Part shown: positions 11,263 to 21,324 of the stretch, in pieces
How positions within the stretch are numbered: position 1 is the stretch's first letter
Layout of the letters: each line of letters opens with the position of its first letter
Assembly (NCBI GenBank): GCA_015064745.1
Contig: SVRR01000006.1
Coordinates: 115 to 64,114, forward strand
Length of the DNA: 64,000 bases
Source: Oscillospiraceae bacterium
GTDB lineage: Bacteria; Bacillota; Clostridia; Oscillospirales; CAG-272
Direction: 5' to 3'
Program-made: the position numbers and the translations under genes
The notes under the pieces: model-generated
What the model was told of the DNA's origin: nothing
The model's database searches: none
What the model saw: the letters and a program-made list of their open reading frames with translations, nothing else

Positions 11263-12270
11263 ATGAGCACTGCATCCAAAAAAGTGTGTTTCCTCGCCTT
11301 GTCATTAACGGCAATTTTTCTGCTTTTATGCACGGGCTTTTACATCTACGAGCTCTTATCCTCGTACCTTCCCTCCATCGGACAATTCGAAAAAGACGTT
11401 TTTTCGGACGTTTTCCTTCCTTTATTATATATGCTCGCTCTCGTCGCGTTTGCGGTGTTCGGTTTTCTCTTCCGCACCTCTCTTTCGGGACGCACGTATA
11501 AGAGTACGTTATCCGGTCTTTTCGCCTCCGGCTTCGCAGCATTGGCAACAGCTTTGTGGCTATTTACCTTTCTCGCCGGCTTAACTAAAAGTATGCCTAA
11601 CGGCATTTTGGCTCTTTTAAGCATTCTTCTGATCCTTTTTGGTGCTATGACGGTGGCATACCTCGTTTTGTGTGCCACCCCAAACCCCTCTCACACACTT
11701 ACGGTGCTCCTCGGTATGGCGGCGGCGGTATTTATGCTCATTTTCGCCTTCTACGCCTACTTTGACACCGCATTTGCGCTGAACAGCCCAATCAAGCTTC
11801 TTGATCTTCTTTCCGCCCTTTCCTTAACCTTGTTTTTCCTTCTCGAAACACGCTTCCGTTTCGGAGCGGTCTGTGAGGCGATATTTTATCCCGTCGGTAT
11901 GGCAGCAATATTGCTGTGCGCGTCGAACGCCATCAGCGCCTTGCTCTACAACGCCATAGAGGGGAGACCTCTTGTCGTTCATACGATGCACGACTTTCTG
12001 TTCTTAGGCTTTGCTCTCTATGCGCTCACACGATTGCTCTCCTTCGTTTTACCTCCTCTTTTCCATGAGGAAACCGCCGAGAGCCAAGGCGCAACCCCCA
12101 TGTTCGAAACGGAAGGGGGCGCAGGATATGTCCCCGCGGAATCCGATGTGCTTGCGCAGGAGACCTTTGACTTTGATGTCGCGGACACCCCCTCCGCCGT
12201 AGCTGACGGACAAGAGAATGACGATTCTCATAAAGCGGCAACCGATTTTAACACCTCTCCCGAAACATGA
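11263..12270 (+). CDS. Polytopic membrane protein of unknown function with acidic C-terminal tail
   Basis: AAGGAG RBS before the ATG at 11263; about 8-9 hydrophobic segments; abuts polA. Confidence 0.8.
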   Translation: MSTASKKVCFLALSLTAIFLLLCTGFYIYELLSSYLPSIGQFEKDVFSDVFLPLLYMLALVAFAVFGFLFRTSLSGRTYKSTLSGLFASGFAALATALWLFTFLAGLTKSMPNGILALLSILLILFGAMTVAYLVLCATPNPSHTLTVLLGMAAAVFMLIFAFYAYFDTAFALNSPIKLLDLLSALSLTLFFLLETRFRFGAVCEAIFYPVGMAAILLCASNAISALLYNAIEGRPLVVHTMHDFLFLGFALYALTRLLSFVLPPLFHEETAESQGATPMFETEGGAGYVPAESDVLAQETFDFDVADTPSAVADGQENDDSHKAATDFNTSPET

Positions 12271-12278
12271 GGAAAACT

Positions 12279-14825
12279 ATGAAAAAAACGCTGGTCATTG
12301 ACGGTAACAGTATCTTAAACCGAGCCTTTTACGGCATACGCCCATTGTATACCAAAGCAGGAAAGCCGACGAACGCTATTTACGGCATGCTAAACATTGT
12401 TTTGAGGCATTTAGAGGCGATAAAGCCGGATTACGCCGCCGTCGCCTTTGATTTGAAGGCACCCAATTTTCGCAAGCAACGCTTCCCTTATTATAAAGAA
12501 GGAAGACACGAGACACCCGAGGAGCTTCTCGCACAGTTTGGCGACGCGAAGGAATGCCTGCGTCTTCTCGGCTTTCATACCTTGGAAAAGGAGGGCTACG
12601 AGGCGGACGATATTCTTGGTACAGTAGCCCGCCTTGGCAAAGAAGAGGGTGATACGCACACCTATGTTTTGTCGGGCGACCGCGACCTCTTACAGCTGAT
12701 CGACGAACAGACGACCGTCCTTTTGGCTGCTACGGGGGACACAGTTTCCTTCGACCGCGATGCGTTTTTCGCGAAATACGGCATTGAGCCCACGGAATTT
12801 GTCGACCTCAAGGCGCTCATGGGAGACTCCTCCGATAACATTCCCGGCGTTCCGGGCGTTGGAGAAAAAACCGCAGGCAAGCTGATCGCCGAGTTCCACT
12901 CCATCGAAAATCTATACGAGAATCTTGACAGTCCCTCCATCGCCAAGGGCGTGCGTGCCAAGCTCGAAGCAGGCAAAGCCTCTGCCGAGGACTCTCTTTT
13001 TCTCGCTGAAATCTGTCGTACCGTGCCGCTTGACATCCCCCTCTCGGCGCTCGTCTATGAGGGTGTCTGTCCCAAAATGTACGATAAATGCACCGAGCTT
13101 GAATTTTCGGCGCTCATCAAGAAGCTCTCTCTCGTGCCAACCGACGATGCCTGCGCCGAAAGCACCGCCGCCATCGGCACCGCCCTTCCCTTAAAAGCAG
13201 CAAGCGCAAGCACGATCCTTGACGCTTTTACCAACGCATCCTCCTTTGCCGTCGAGTTAAAAGAGGACTCCCTTCTCTTCTCTGACGGAATAACAAATTA
13301 CCTTTATACCGAGAACCTCTCCGACATCTCGGCACTCTTCGACGGTACAAAGAAAATCATCACCTATGATGGAAAGGCTCTCCTTCACCGTCTCTTTTCC
13401 AAGGGCATCGAAACAACGCTCGTGCCGCGCGACCTTCTCCTTTACGCCTACGTGCTTTCAGGCGGCGACGGCAGCCACGCGCCCGAAGCGCTTGCGCTTC
13501 GCTATTTACAAACGGCAATCCCCCAAGGCGAGCCGTTTATCTCTGTTTTTATTCCTTTGGAAAAAGCCCTGTTGAACGAAATTGAATCCATAGGCTGCAA
13601 ATCTCTGCTTGAAGACATAGAGCTTCCGCTTTCCCCCGTACTTGCACGCATGGAGCGAGAGGGCTTCCGCATCGACACGGCGGCGCTTGAAGCGTTTGGA
13701 AAGCGCCTTGCTGACGAAATGGTGCTTCTTTCGGAAAACATCATCGCGCACGCAGGGGTGGAATTTAATATCAATTCTCCCAAACAGCTTGCCGAAGTGC
13801 TCTTTACTCACCTCGCGCTCCCTACCAAGGGTGTAAAGAAAAACAAAAACGGATATTCCACCGACGTAGACACGCTCACCGCGCTTCGTCATACGCATCC
13901 CATTGTAGATGAGATTTTAGAATATCGCAAGGTCAGCAAGCTATATTCCACCTACGTGCAGGGGCTTCTTAAAGTAGCGGACGATAACGGCAACGTCCAC
14001 ACCGATTTCAAGCAAGCACTGACGGCAACCGGAAGGCTGTCCTCGGCAGAGCCGAATTTGCAAAACATTCCCATCCGCACACCGCTCGGACGGGAGCTGC
14101 GCCGCGTATTTATTCCCAAATCGCCCACGCGCGTTTTGGTCGATGCAGACTATTCGCAGATTGAGCTCCGTCTTATGGCGGCATTTTCCCAAGACGAAAA
14201 TATGTGCGACGCATTTCTTTCGGGCACCGACATTCACAGGCGCACCGCCGCCGCGGTCTTCCGTCTGCCCGAGCCGCTTGTGCCCGACGAGCTTCGCGCC
14301 CGTGCCAAAGCGGTAAACTTCGGTATCATCTACGGCATCAGCGCCTATTCTCTTTCGGGAGATATTGGGGTGAGCGTCACCGAGGCAAAGCGGTATATGG
14401 ACGACTACTTTGCCGAGTTTCCGAGCATTAAAGCGTATCTTGACGGCGTCATCGCCTCCGCGGAGGAGACGGGATACACCACGACTCTCTTCGCAAGACG
14501 CCGCTATATTCCCGAGCTCACTTCCCGCATCTTTACCCAGCGCGCCTTCGGCAAGCGTGTCGCGATGAACAGTCCGATCCAAGGCAGTGCCGCCGACATC
14601 ATCAAGCTTGCCATGGTTCGAGTAGATAAACGCTTGAAGGCGGAGACGCTTGACGCAAAGCTGATCCTCCAAGTACACGACGAGCTTATCGTGGAGGCAG
14701 AAGAAAGCTGTGCCGAGCAGGTCCGCACCATTTTGAAGGAGGAAATGGAGGGGGCTGTATCGCTTGCCGTTCCCCTCACCGTCTCCACCGCCGTCGGCAA
14801 AAGCTGGCTGGAAGCGGAGCATTGA
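12279..14825 (+). CDS. polA: DNA polymerase I
   Basis: IDGNSILNRAFY 5'-exonuclease start; ADYSQIELR, AKAVNFGIIYG and QVHDEL polymerase motifs. Confidence 0.99.
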   Translation: MKKTLVIDGNSILNRAFYGIRPLYTKAGKPTNAIYGMLNIVLRHLEAIKPDYAAVAFDLKAPNFRKQRFPYYKEGRHETPEELLAQFGDAKECLRLLGFHTLEKEGYEADDILGTVARLGKEEGDTHTYVLSGDRDLLQLIDEQTTVLLAATGDTVSFDRDAFFAKYGIEPTEFVDLKALMGDSSDNIPGVPGVGEKTAGKLIAEFHSIENLYENLDSPSIAKGVRAKLEAGKASAEDSLFLAEICRTVPLDIPLSALVYEGVCPKMYDKCTELEFSALIKKLSLVPTDDACAESTAAIGTALPLKAASASTILDAFTNASSFAVELKEDSLLFSDGITNYLYTENLSDISALFDGTKKIITYDGKALLHRLFSKGIETTLVPRDLLLYAYVLSGGDGSHAPEALALRYLQTAIPQGEPFISVFIPLEKALLNEIESIGCKSLLEDIELPLSPVLARMEREGFRIDTAALEAFGKRLADEMVLLSENIIAHAGVEFNINSPKQLAEVLFTHLALPTKGVKKNKNGYSTDVDTLTALRHTHPIVDEILEYRKVSKLYSTYVQGLLKVADDNGNVHTDFKQALTATGRLSSAEPNLQNIPIRTPLGRELRRVFIPKSPTRVLVDADYSQIELRLMAAFSQDENMCDAFLSGTDIHRRTAAAVFRLPEPLVPDELRARAKAVNFGIIYGISAYSLSGDIGVSVTEAKRYMDDYFAEFPSIKAYLDGVIASAEETGYTTTLFARRRYIPELTSRIFTQRAFGKRVAMNSPIQGSAADIIKLAMVRVDKRLKAETLDAKLILQVHDELIVEAEESCAEQVRTILKEEMEGAVSLAVPLTVSTAVGKSWLEAEH

Positions 14826-14864
14826 GGCATAAGAAAAAAACTTTAAAAAAATTGTCCAAGCCTA

Positions 14865-14893
14865 TTGCAATTTTAAAAGTTATATGCTATAAT
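14865..14893 (+). promoter_or_regulatory. Sigma-A promoter of rpmB
   Basis: TTGCAA-N17-TATAAT with TG extension. Confidence 0.8.
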
Positions 14894-14962
14894 ACTATCT
14901 GTTGATTTATGAAACAAGGTCGCGAGAGCGACTGCATGTAAACGATTAGGAGGTAATTTCCC

Positions 14963-15148
14963 ATGGCAAAGTGCAGTGTATGCGGCAAGGGTGTTGTTTT
15001 CGGTAACACCATTTCGCACTCCCACCGTAAGTGCAACAGAACCTGGAAGCCCAACATCCGCAAGGTGAAGGCTGTGGTTGACGGAACGAACAAGACCGTT
15101 TATGTTTGCTCCCGTTGCCTGCGTTCCGGTAAGGTTGAGCGCGCATAA
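14963..15148 (+). CDS. rpmB: 50S ribosomal protein L28
   Basis: MAKCSVCGKG..FGNTISHSH...TWKPNI. Confidence 0.98.
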   Translation: MAKCSVCGKGVVFGNTISHSHRKCNRTWKPNIRKVKAVVDGTNKTVYVCSRCLRSGKVERA

Positions 15149-15155
15149 AGGCTCT

Positions 15156-15188
15156 ATAAAAAGCGCCCCGATTCGGGGCGCTTTTTAT
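15156..15188. terminator. Bidirectional intrinsic terminator
   Basis: ATAAAAAGCGCCCCG-att-CGGGGCGCTTTTTAT between convergent genes. Confidence 0.85.
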
Positions 15189-15190
15189 TT

Positions 15191-15679
15191 TTATTCTGCT
15201 TTTTTCCTTGCGTCCGACACAGCAATCAAGATGCTTGCCGAAAGAACGAGGACGGCACCGACCACCGTTCCTACGCTGAGCACTTCATCAAAGATGATAA
15301 CTCCCGCAAAAATACTGGTAATAGGCTCGATCGTGCTTAAAATAGAGGCACGCTCTCCGCCGATCAAGAAGGTTCCCATTTGGAAAAGGAGGACAGCCCC
15401 CACGTTGAGTGTCAGAGCAAATAAAAAGCAAAGTCCCCATCCGAGAAGCGAGCTCGGCAAGGTGAGATTTCCGCTTGCGAGACAGACGATAAGCATGACC
15501 GCCGAGCAAACAGCGGCAACGTAGAAGCAAAAGGTAAAGCCCGAGATCTCCTTCTTGTAGCAAAAACGAGAAAAGAGAATGATGTACACAGCGTAGGTCA
15601 CGCCCGAGAGAAGGGCAAGGACACCGCCAAGAAAACTAAAACCTGCCTTCGGGTCGTAAAACAGAAAAATTCCCGCTAT
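15191..15679 (-). pseudogene. 5'-truncated EamA/DMT family transporter (C-terminal repeat only)
   Basis: IAGIFLF...GGVLALLSGVTYAVY...RASILSTIEPITS...GAVLVL. No start codon or RBS; begins just after the ytvI terminator. Confidence 0.7.
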
Positions 15680-15690
15680 CTTGCTTGATG

Positions 15691-15724
15691 AAAAAGCTCC
15701 GCCTCAAGAGGCGGAGCTTTTTTT
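15691..15724 (-). terminator. Intrinsic terminator overlapping the ytvI stop codon
   Basis: AAAAAGCTCCGCCTC-aa-GAGGCGGAGCTTTTT. Confidence 0.8.
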
Positions 15725-16738
15725 ATCTTCATCAGAAAACAACATTTCAAAAAGAAGCAGAGTGATCATCGGAAAAACGAGCAAACCAAAAAGACCAAAG
15801 AGCCGTCCGCCCGCGTACAGAGAAAGCAAGGTCACCAGCGGATGAAGCCCATAGCCGTGTCCCAGCACGCGCGGTTCAAGAAACTGCCGTAAAACGGCGA
15901 TCACCCCAAAAAGAACGAGAAGCCCCACACCTAACACACGCGCACCGCTTAAAAGAGAAAAAACGCCCCAAGGCACCAAAAAGAGACCTACCCCCAAAAC
16001 GGGGAGAAAGTCAAGCAAAGCAAACAGTCCCGACAAAAGCAAAGGATACTTTACATCTAAAAGGACAAACCCAAAGAGCAGCAAAGCGAAGGCAACCAGC
16101 GTCAATATTCCCTGTGCACGAAGCACCGAAAGCGCGGCACGCAAGGCAGAGTCCTTAAAAAACCGAAAAACGGCATTATGGGGGGCTTTGAGGCGCGACG
16201 AGAGTGCCGCGTGAATACGGTCGAGATCAAGGCAAAAGTAAATTGCCGCGATCACGCCAACACCAAGCGTGAAGAAAAACGCAGGCAAAACGTCGGCAAG
16301 CCTCGCCACGATCGTGGGCAAGGCAGAAAGAAGCATGGAAATTCCTTCTTCCAGCGCGCTTCCCATGCTAAGCTTCTCTCCTATGATGGGAATAGAGGCA
16401 AGCCATTCACGCACACGCTCAGCAAAAAGAGAGCTATCGCTTCCGAAACGGCTAAGAAAATGGGATATTTCACGAAATATCCCGCGCACCCCAAGCACGA
16501 GCACCGTACCGAGGAGCACTGCACAGAGTGCTACCAAAAGAAGTCTTGCAACGCCCAGCGGCAACCGCGTTTTTTCCCGAAGCCATGCAGCGGGACGTCG
16601 CACGAGCATCGCAAGCCCCCAACCAAGCACAAAGGGCAAAAGAACCCCCGCAAGATATTTAAAAAACAAATAAAACAGCGCGCCGCCGCCGAGCACAAGT
16701 ACAACGATGGCTGCCGCCAAGGTAATCTTTTTCTGCAT
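15704..16738 (-). CDS. ytvI: AI-2E family permease, YtvI-like
   Basis: LLDFLPVLGVG..LVPW, RQFLEPRVLG..GLHP.VTL motifs. Confidence 0.85.
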   Translation of the reverse strand: MQKKITLAAAIVVLVLGGGALFYLFFKYLAGVLLPFVLGWGLAMLVRRPAAWLREKTRLPLGVARLLLVALCAVLLGTVLVLGVRGIFREISHFLSRFGSDSSLFAERVREWLASIPIIGEKLSMGSALEEGISMLLSALPTIVARLADVLPAFFFTLGVGVIAAIYFCLDLDRIHAALSSRLKAPHNAVFRFFKDSALRAALSVLRAQGILTLVAFALLLFGFVLLDVKYPLLLSGLFALLDFLPVLGVGLFLVPWGVFSLLSGARVLGVGLLVLFGVIAVLRQFLEPRVLGHGYGLHPLVTLLSLYAGGRLFGLFGLLVFPMITLLLFEMLFSDEDKKSSAS

Positions 16739-16805
16739 CCCCGTCCCCCCTATCACTAGTATAGATGGAGCATAGAAAAATATACAAGTGCAAATAAATA
16801 TTTAC

Positions 16806-16837
16806 AAAAAGAAGGGTGCTAAAGCGCACCCTTCTTT
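16806..16837 (-). terminator. Intrinsic terminator after the cyclophilin gene
   Basis: AAAGAAGGGTGC/GCACCCTTCTTT stem followed by T-run on the minus strand. Confidence 0.75.
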
Positions 16838-16842
16838 GCTTA

Positions 16843-17316
16843 TTATTCTTCGATATAAACGCGCTTCATTACCTGCGGCAAGCGCGGACGGTCGGAATAA
16901 TCGGTCGCAGTGGTAGCGATCTCATCCACAACGTCAATTCCCTCCACCACCTTACCGAAGGCAGCGTAGGAGCCGTCCAGGTGGGGGGCGTCCTTATGCA
17001 TGATAAAGAACTGAGAGGAAGCGGAATTGGGCATCTGCGAACGCGCCATCGAGATGACTCCGCGCGTATGCTTCAAGGGGTTGTCCCAGCCGTTCATTTT
17101 AAATTCGCCCTTGATCTGCTCACGCGCGCCCCCCATACCCGTTCCCGTGGGGTCGCCGCCTTGGATCATAAAGCCCTCAATGACACGGTGGAAGATGAGC
17201 CCGTCGTAAAAGCCCTCTTTCACCAATTTTTCAAAGTTTGCCGCCGTAATAGGCGCAGCCGCGGCATCCAGCGCAAGCTTGATCTTTTTGCCGTTTTCCA
17301 TTTCAATAACGATCAT
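16843..17316 (-). CDS. ppiB: Cyclophilin-type peptidyl-prolyl cis-trans isomerase
   Basis: FHRVIEGFMIQGGDP, SQFFI, HLDGSYAAFGKV. Confidence 0.95.
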   Translation of the reverse strand: MIVIEMENGKKIKLALDAAAAPITAANFEKLVKEGFYDGLIFHRVIEGFMIQGGDPTGTGMGGAREQIKGEFKMNGWDNPLKHTRGVISMARSQMPNSASSQFFIMHKDAPHLDGSYAAFGKVVEGIDVVDEIATTATDYSDRPRLPQVMKRVYIEE

Positions 17317-17354
17317 AAAAGCAAATCCTTTCTGCCTGATTTTTTTCTTTTTTC

Positions 17355-17420
17355 ATTTTAACAAAAAACAGCCTTTTTGTCAAGAACCCTCTTGACCTTA
17401 AGATGAATTTTTGATAGAAT
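17355..17420. promoter_or_regulatory. Divergent sigma-A promoters (cyclophilin and sbcD-like gene)
   Basis: Minus strand TTGACA-N17-TAAAAT (17383-17355); plus strand TTGACC-N17-TAGAAT (17392-17420). Confidence 0.7.
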
Positions 17421-17453
17421 AAATAAAGAAAGCAAAAAAAAGGGGGGATTCCC

Positions 17454-18527
17454 TTGAAAATCTTACATATGGCAGACTGTCACCTTGATTCTGTGATGGA
17501 ACGGCATCTGCCCGCACGCGTTGCCAAGGCACGCCGCCGTGAGCTTCTTTTAACATTTTCCGCCGCCGTCTCAGCCGCAGAAAAGGAGGGCGCATCGCTC
17601 GTGCTCATCGCGGGGGACCTTTTCGACACGCCTACCCCCTCGGAAGGTGCATTACGGTACGTGCTCGACTGCATTTCCGCACACGCGGATATGACCTTTC
17701 TCTACATTGAGGGCAATCACGACGCAGGGGCACTTTCAAACAGCGCACCTCCCCCCAACATGCTCCTCGTTCCCGCACGTAAAAGCGCCGTCTTTTCCTT
17801 TGATGACGTTAAAATCTACGCAGCGGGCTTCGGCGTCACGGAAGAAACGATTGCCGCCTTCGAATGCAAGGAGAACGAGAAGAATATCCTTTTACTGCAC
17901 GGCACGCTGACGACCTCTCGCGCGGATATACGCGAAGAAATGATCTTACGCACTGCCCTTGACAATAAAAAGGTCGATTATCTTGCCTTGGGGCATTTTC
18001 ACACCCACACCGCCATGCGTCTTTCACGCGGCGGTCTTGCTTGCTATGCAGGCACCCCCGAAGGGCGCGGCTTTGATGAAACGGGAAGATGCGGCGTGAT
18101 CTTGCTCGACACCGATACCATGAAGGCGGATTTTCTAACGACTGCCCAGCGCACTCTGCACAATATTGAAGTAGACGTTACGGGCGCCGTTACCCTGCCC
18201 GAGATCGAAAAGCGTGTGAATGCCGCGGTCGCCGCCATCCCCGAAAGCGATATGGTGCGCCTGCATTTGATAGGCGAGGTAGAGGAGCACTATTTGAAGC
18301 AGCCCGAGCAGATCAAGCTTCTGCTTGACGGACGGTTCTTCTTTGCAAGGGTCAAGGACGGCATCCGTTTGCGTATGCGTCCCACCGTCGGCGACGTTTC
18401 CTTGCGCGGAGAATTTATCAGACGCGTGCTTAGCGACAGCTCACTTTCGGAGGAGGACAAGCAGCGTGTGCTGTCTTACGGCTTGCGCGCACTTGACGGT
18501 GAGCTTCCCGAGGATACCTCTTATTAA
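17454..18527 (+). CDS. SbcD/Mre11-like DNA repair metallophosphoesterase (YhaO-like)
   Basis: HMADCH, AGDLFD, GNHD, LHG and ALGHFH motifs; TTG start. Confidence 0.92.
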   Translation: MKILHMADCHLDSVMERHLPARVAKARRRELLLTFSAAVSAAEKEGASLVLIAGDLFDTPTPSEGALRYVLDCISAHADMTFLYIEGNHDAGALSNSAPPPNMLLVPARKSAVFSFDDVKIYAAGFGVTEETIAAFECKENEKNILLLHGTLTTSRADIREEMILRTALDNKKVDYLALGHFHTHTAMRLSRGGLACYAGTPEGRGFDETGRCGVILLDTDTMKADFLTTAQRTLHNIEVDVTGAVTLPEIEKRVNAAVAAIPESDMVRLHLIGEVEEHYLKQPEQIKLLLDGRFFFARVKDGIRLRMRPTVGDVSLRGEFIRRVLSDSSLSEEDKQRVLSYGLRALDGELPEDTSY

Positions 18528-18550
18528 ATCGGAAAGGAAGGCAAACTTAC

Positions 18551-21154
18551 TTGAAGCTTTTAAATTGTCAAATTGTAAACTTTGGTTGTCTTTCCGATTG
18601 CTCGTTCAACTTTGACGATGGACTTAACATCGTATTTGCAGAGAACGGCAAGGGAAAAAGCACCTTTGCCGCTTTCTTAAAGGCGATGCTCTACGGACTT
18701 CCTTCCAATCGAAAAGCAGGGCTTGATAATGAGCGGCGTCGCTATGCGCCCTGGCAGGGCGGCACGTTTGGCGGAGCGCTCTGTTTTGAAGCAGAGGGGG
18801 TGGGATACCGCCTTGAACGTTTCTTCGGCGCAAAGGAAAAGGACGACCGTTTCGCCCTTTACCACTTAGCGACGGGAAATCCTTCCCTTCGTTATACCGA
18901 AGCTGTGGGAGAAGAATTGTTCGGCGTGGATGCCGACGGATTTGAAAGAAGCCTTTACATTTCACAAGCGCTTCCCTTTTTACCGCCCGACAACAACAGC
19001 ATCCGCGCGCGTCTCGGCTCCTTGCTTGACGCATCGGACGATCTTGGAAAATTTGAAAAGGCGGATGAGCTGTTAGATACCTCGCGCCGTCATTACCGCG
19101 CACAAGGAGAACGAGGTCTCATCCCCGAGCTTTCCCTCGCCATCCGCGACAAGGAAGAGGAAATCCAAAAAGCCAAAGCGGCAGAGGCGGGAGCCGCCTC
19201 GCTTCTTCAAGAGCGTGATGCCATTGAAAGCAAAAAGAACGAGGTAGGACAAGCGCTTGCCGAAGCCAAAGCAAAGCGTGCCGAGGCGGAAAAACGGCGT
19301 CTTTGGGAAGAGCAAAACGCAAGCTATACTTCTCTGTTAGAGCTCCGAGAAACAACAAAGCAGCAGCTTGCGCCCCTTGAAGCCTTTTTCACTCCGCACT
19401 TGCCGACCGAGGAAGAGATTCAGGCGGCGGACGCCGCGGTGACCGAATGCACGACCCTCACGGCACAGATCGCGCAAGCTAAGCTTTCCGAGGAGGATGT
19501 ATCCGTCCTCTCTGCCTTCCGCGAGACGTACGGCGATAGCGCTCCCGACGACGCCTTTATGGACCGTATGCGAGAAGCGCTTTCCCATTGGAAGCGCGAA
19601 AAAGAACGTATCCGCGTTGCGGAAGCCCGCTTACAGGAGGAAAAGAATTCCCTCCGTTTGAAGTTTGATGAGCGCACCCCCACCGAGGGAGAACGCGCCG
19701 CTATCCGCACGGCAAAAGAGGTGTTAGAAGACGCGGGCGCATTACTATACCGGGACAACGACCGCACAAAGCGTCCCCACCTTCTTATCCCTCTCTTGCT
19801 TCTTTGCGGTGTTTTTGCCGTGATTACCGTTCTCGGATTTGTTTTGTCTCTCTTAGCACTCGCCATTCCGTCGCTTGTTCTTTTGCTTGCGAGCTTTGGG
19901 TTCTCCACCTTTTTGGTTTTGCAAAAGGCAAAAACGCCAAACGAGCTCGCCAAGCGGCTCGAAGACTATCGTGTAAAGCAAAGAAGACTTGCTTTTCTTT
20001 TAGCACCCTTTGACTACGCGGAGAAGGATCCCCTCCTTGCCGCTTCCCGTTTCTTCGACGAGCTGGCAAGATACGAGCTTCTTTTAGAGGAGGAAGCCGA
20101 GCTTCGCCGTGCACTAGAGGAGTACCGTCAAAAGGAGAAAGAAGCGCGCGAGACACTCATCGCCGCTTTGGGAAGCGGCGAATGCCATAATCCCGAAGCA
20201 AAAGCGGCACGCATTGAAGCCGAGGTGCCTGTATACAGACTTCTTTTGCAGAAGAAAGCCGAGCTTGCCACGAAGTGCGAGCTTCTCACAAGGGAACGGG
20301 AGCTTGCCTCTCGCCGCGTTTCGGACTTCCTTTCAAATTATCCCTCGCTCGCCGACCTTTCTCCGCGCGCGGCACTTGATACGGTGAAGCAAAACATGCT
20401 CCTCTCCAAGCAAGCGCTCACAGCGTATACGAGCGCGCGCAACCGCTTGGCAAACTATTTACAGACCACGCGCTTCGACCCCGACGCGCCCCCGCCCCCT
20501 TACGGCGGCGATATTCGGATATTAACGGAAAGTGAAAACACCCTACAAAAGGCCTTCACCGACCTTGAAGCCCTTTCCTCTGTCAAGGAAAGCGAGCGCA
20601 AGCGGCTTTGTGAGATCGCGCTTACCATTCCCGGACTTGAAGCAGAACGCGAAAAGCTTTTGGCAGAAAAGGAAGAAGCGGAACACACCCTATCCCTCAT
20701 TTTAAGCGCCAAAGAGCTCTTAAAGGAAGCGAAGGAGGACCTCTCGACACGCTATCTAAGGGATATGGAGCTTCACTTTGACCGATATTATCAAAAGATC
20801 AAAAACGATGTCCACACCGAAATCCCCGCCGATGGCGCACGCATCTCAAGCTTTACGATGGACACATCCCTCGCCCTCTCCTGTGAAGCATACGGCGAGC
20901 GCCGCCCCATCGCCGTGCTCTCCCGCGGTGAAAGAGACCTCGTTTCCTTCTGCGCGCGGCTCGCGCTTCTTGAATCCATTTTCACCAAGGAGTCCCCTGT
21001 CCTCGTGCTTGACGACCCTTTTATCAATCTCGACGATGGAAATTACTCCAAGGCGGCAAACCTGCTTGCACATCTCGCAGAACGCTACCAGATCGTCTAC
21101 ACCGTATGCTCGACGGCGCGCCTCCCGGCAAATCTCCCGCTAAAATCTCTATAA
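18551..21154 (+). CDS. SbcC/Rad50-like coiled-coil ATPase with central transmembrane hairpin (YhaN-like)
   Basis: Walker A ENGKGKST, signature LSRGE, Walker B LVLDDPF, long coiled coil, two hydrophobic helices in the middle. Confidence 0.88.
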   Translation: MKLLNCQIVNFGCLSDCSFNFDDGLNIVFAENGKGKSTFAAFLKAMLYGLPSNRKAGLDNERRRYAPWQGGTFGGALCFEAEGVGYRLERFFGAKEKDDRFALYHLATGNPSLRYTEAVGEELFGVDADGFERSLYISQALPFLPPDNNSIRARLGSLLDASDDLGKFEKADELLDTSRRHYRAQGERGLIPELSLAIRDKEEEIQKAKAAEAGAASLLQERDAIESKKNEVGQALAEAKAKRAEAEKRRLWEEQNASYTSLLELRETTKQQLAPLEAFFTPHLPTEEEIQAADAAVTECTTLTAQIAQAKLSEEDVSVLSAFRETYGDSAPDDAFMDRMREALSHWKREKERIRVAEARLQEEKNSLRLKFDERTPTEGERAAIRTAKEVLEDAGALLYRDNDRTKRPHLLIPLLLLCGVFAVITVLGFVLSLLALAIPSLVLLLASFGFSTFLVLQKAKTPNELAKRLEDYRVKQRRLAFLLAPFDYAEKDPLLAASRFFDELARYELLLEEEAELRRALEEYRQKEKEARETLIAALGSGECHNPEAKAARIEAEVPVYRLLLQKKAELATKCELLTRERELASRRVSDFLSNYPSLADLSPRAALDTVKQNMLLSKQALTAYTSARNRLANYLQTTRFDPDAPPPPYGGDIRILTESENTLQKAFTDLEALSSVKESERKRLCEIALTIPGLEAEREKLLAEKEEAEHTLSLILSAKELLKEAKEDLSTRYLRDMELHFDRYYQKIKNDVHTEIPADGARISSFTMDTSLALSCEAYGERRPIAVLSRGERDLVSFCARLALLESIFTKESPVLVLDDPFINLDDGNYSKAANLLAHLAERYQIVYTVCSTARLPANLPLKSL

Positions 21155-21156
21155 TA

Positions 21157-21195
21157 AAAGCATCTCCGAGCGCGTTTGCGCTCGGAGATTTTTCT
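21157..21195. terminator. Bidirectional intrinsic terminator
   Basis: ATCTCCGAGCGC-gttt-GCGCTCGGAGAT flanked by A and T runs. Confidence 0.8.
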
Positions 21196-21324
21196 CTTCT
21201 TTCTTGCAAGAAAGAAGCAAAGAAACTTTAAATAGTGAAAAATCGCACGAGGCTAGGCGCCTGCAAGGGAGCTGTATTTCCATACTGCCCCCCCGCTGGG
21301 AACGAAGCATCGTGCGATTTTGTT

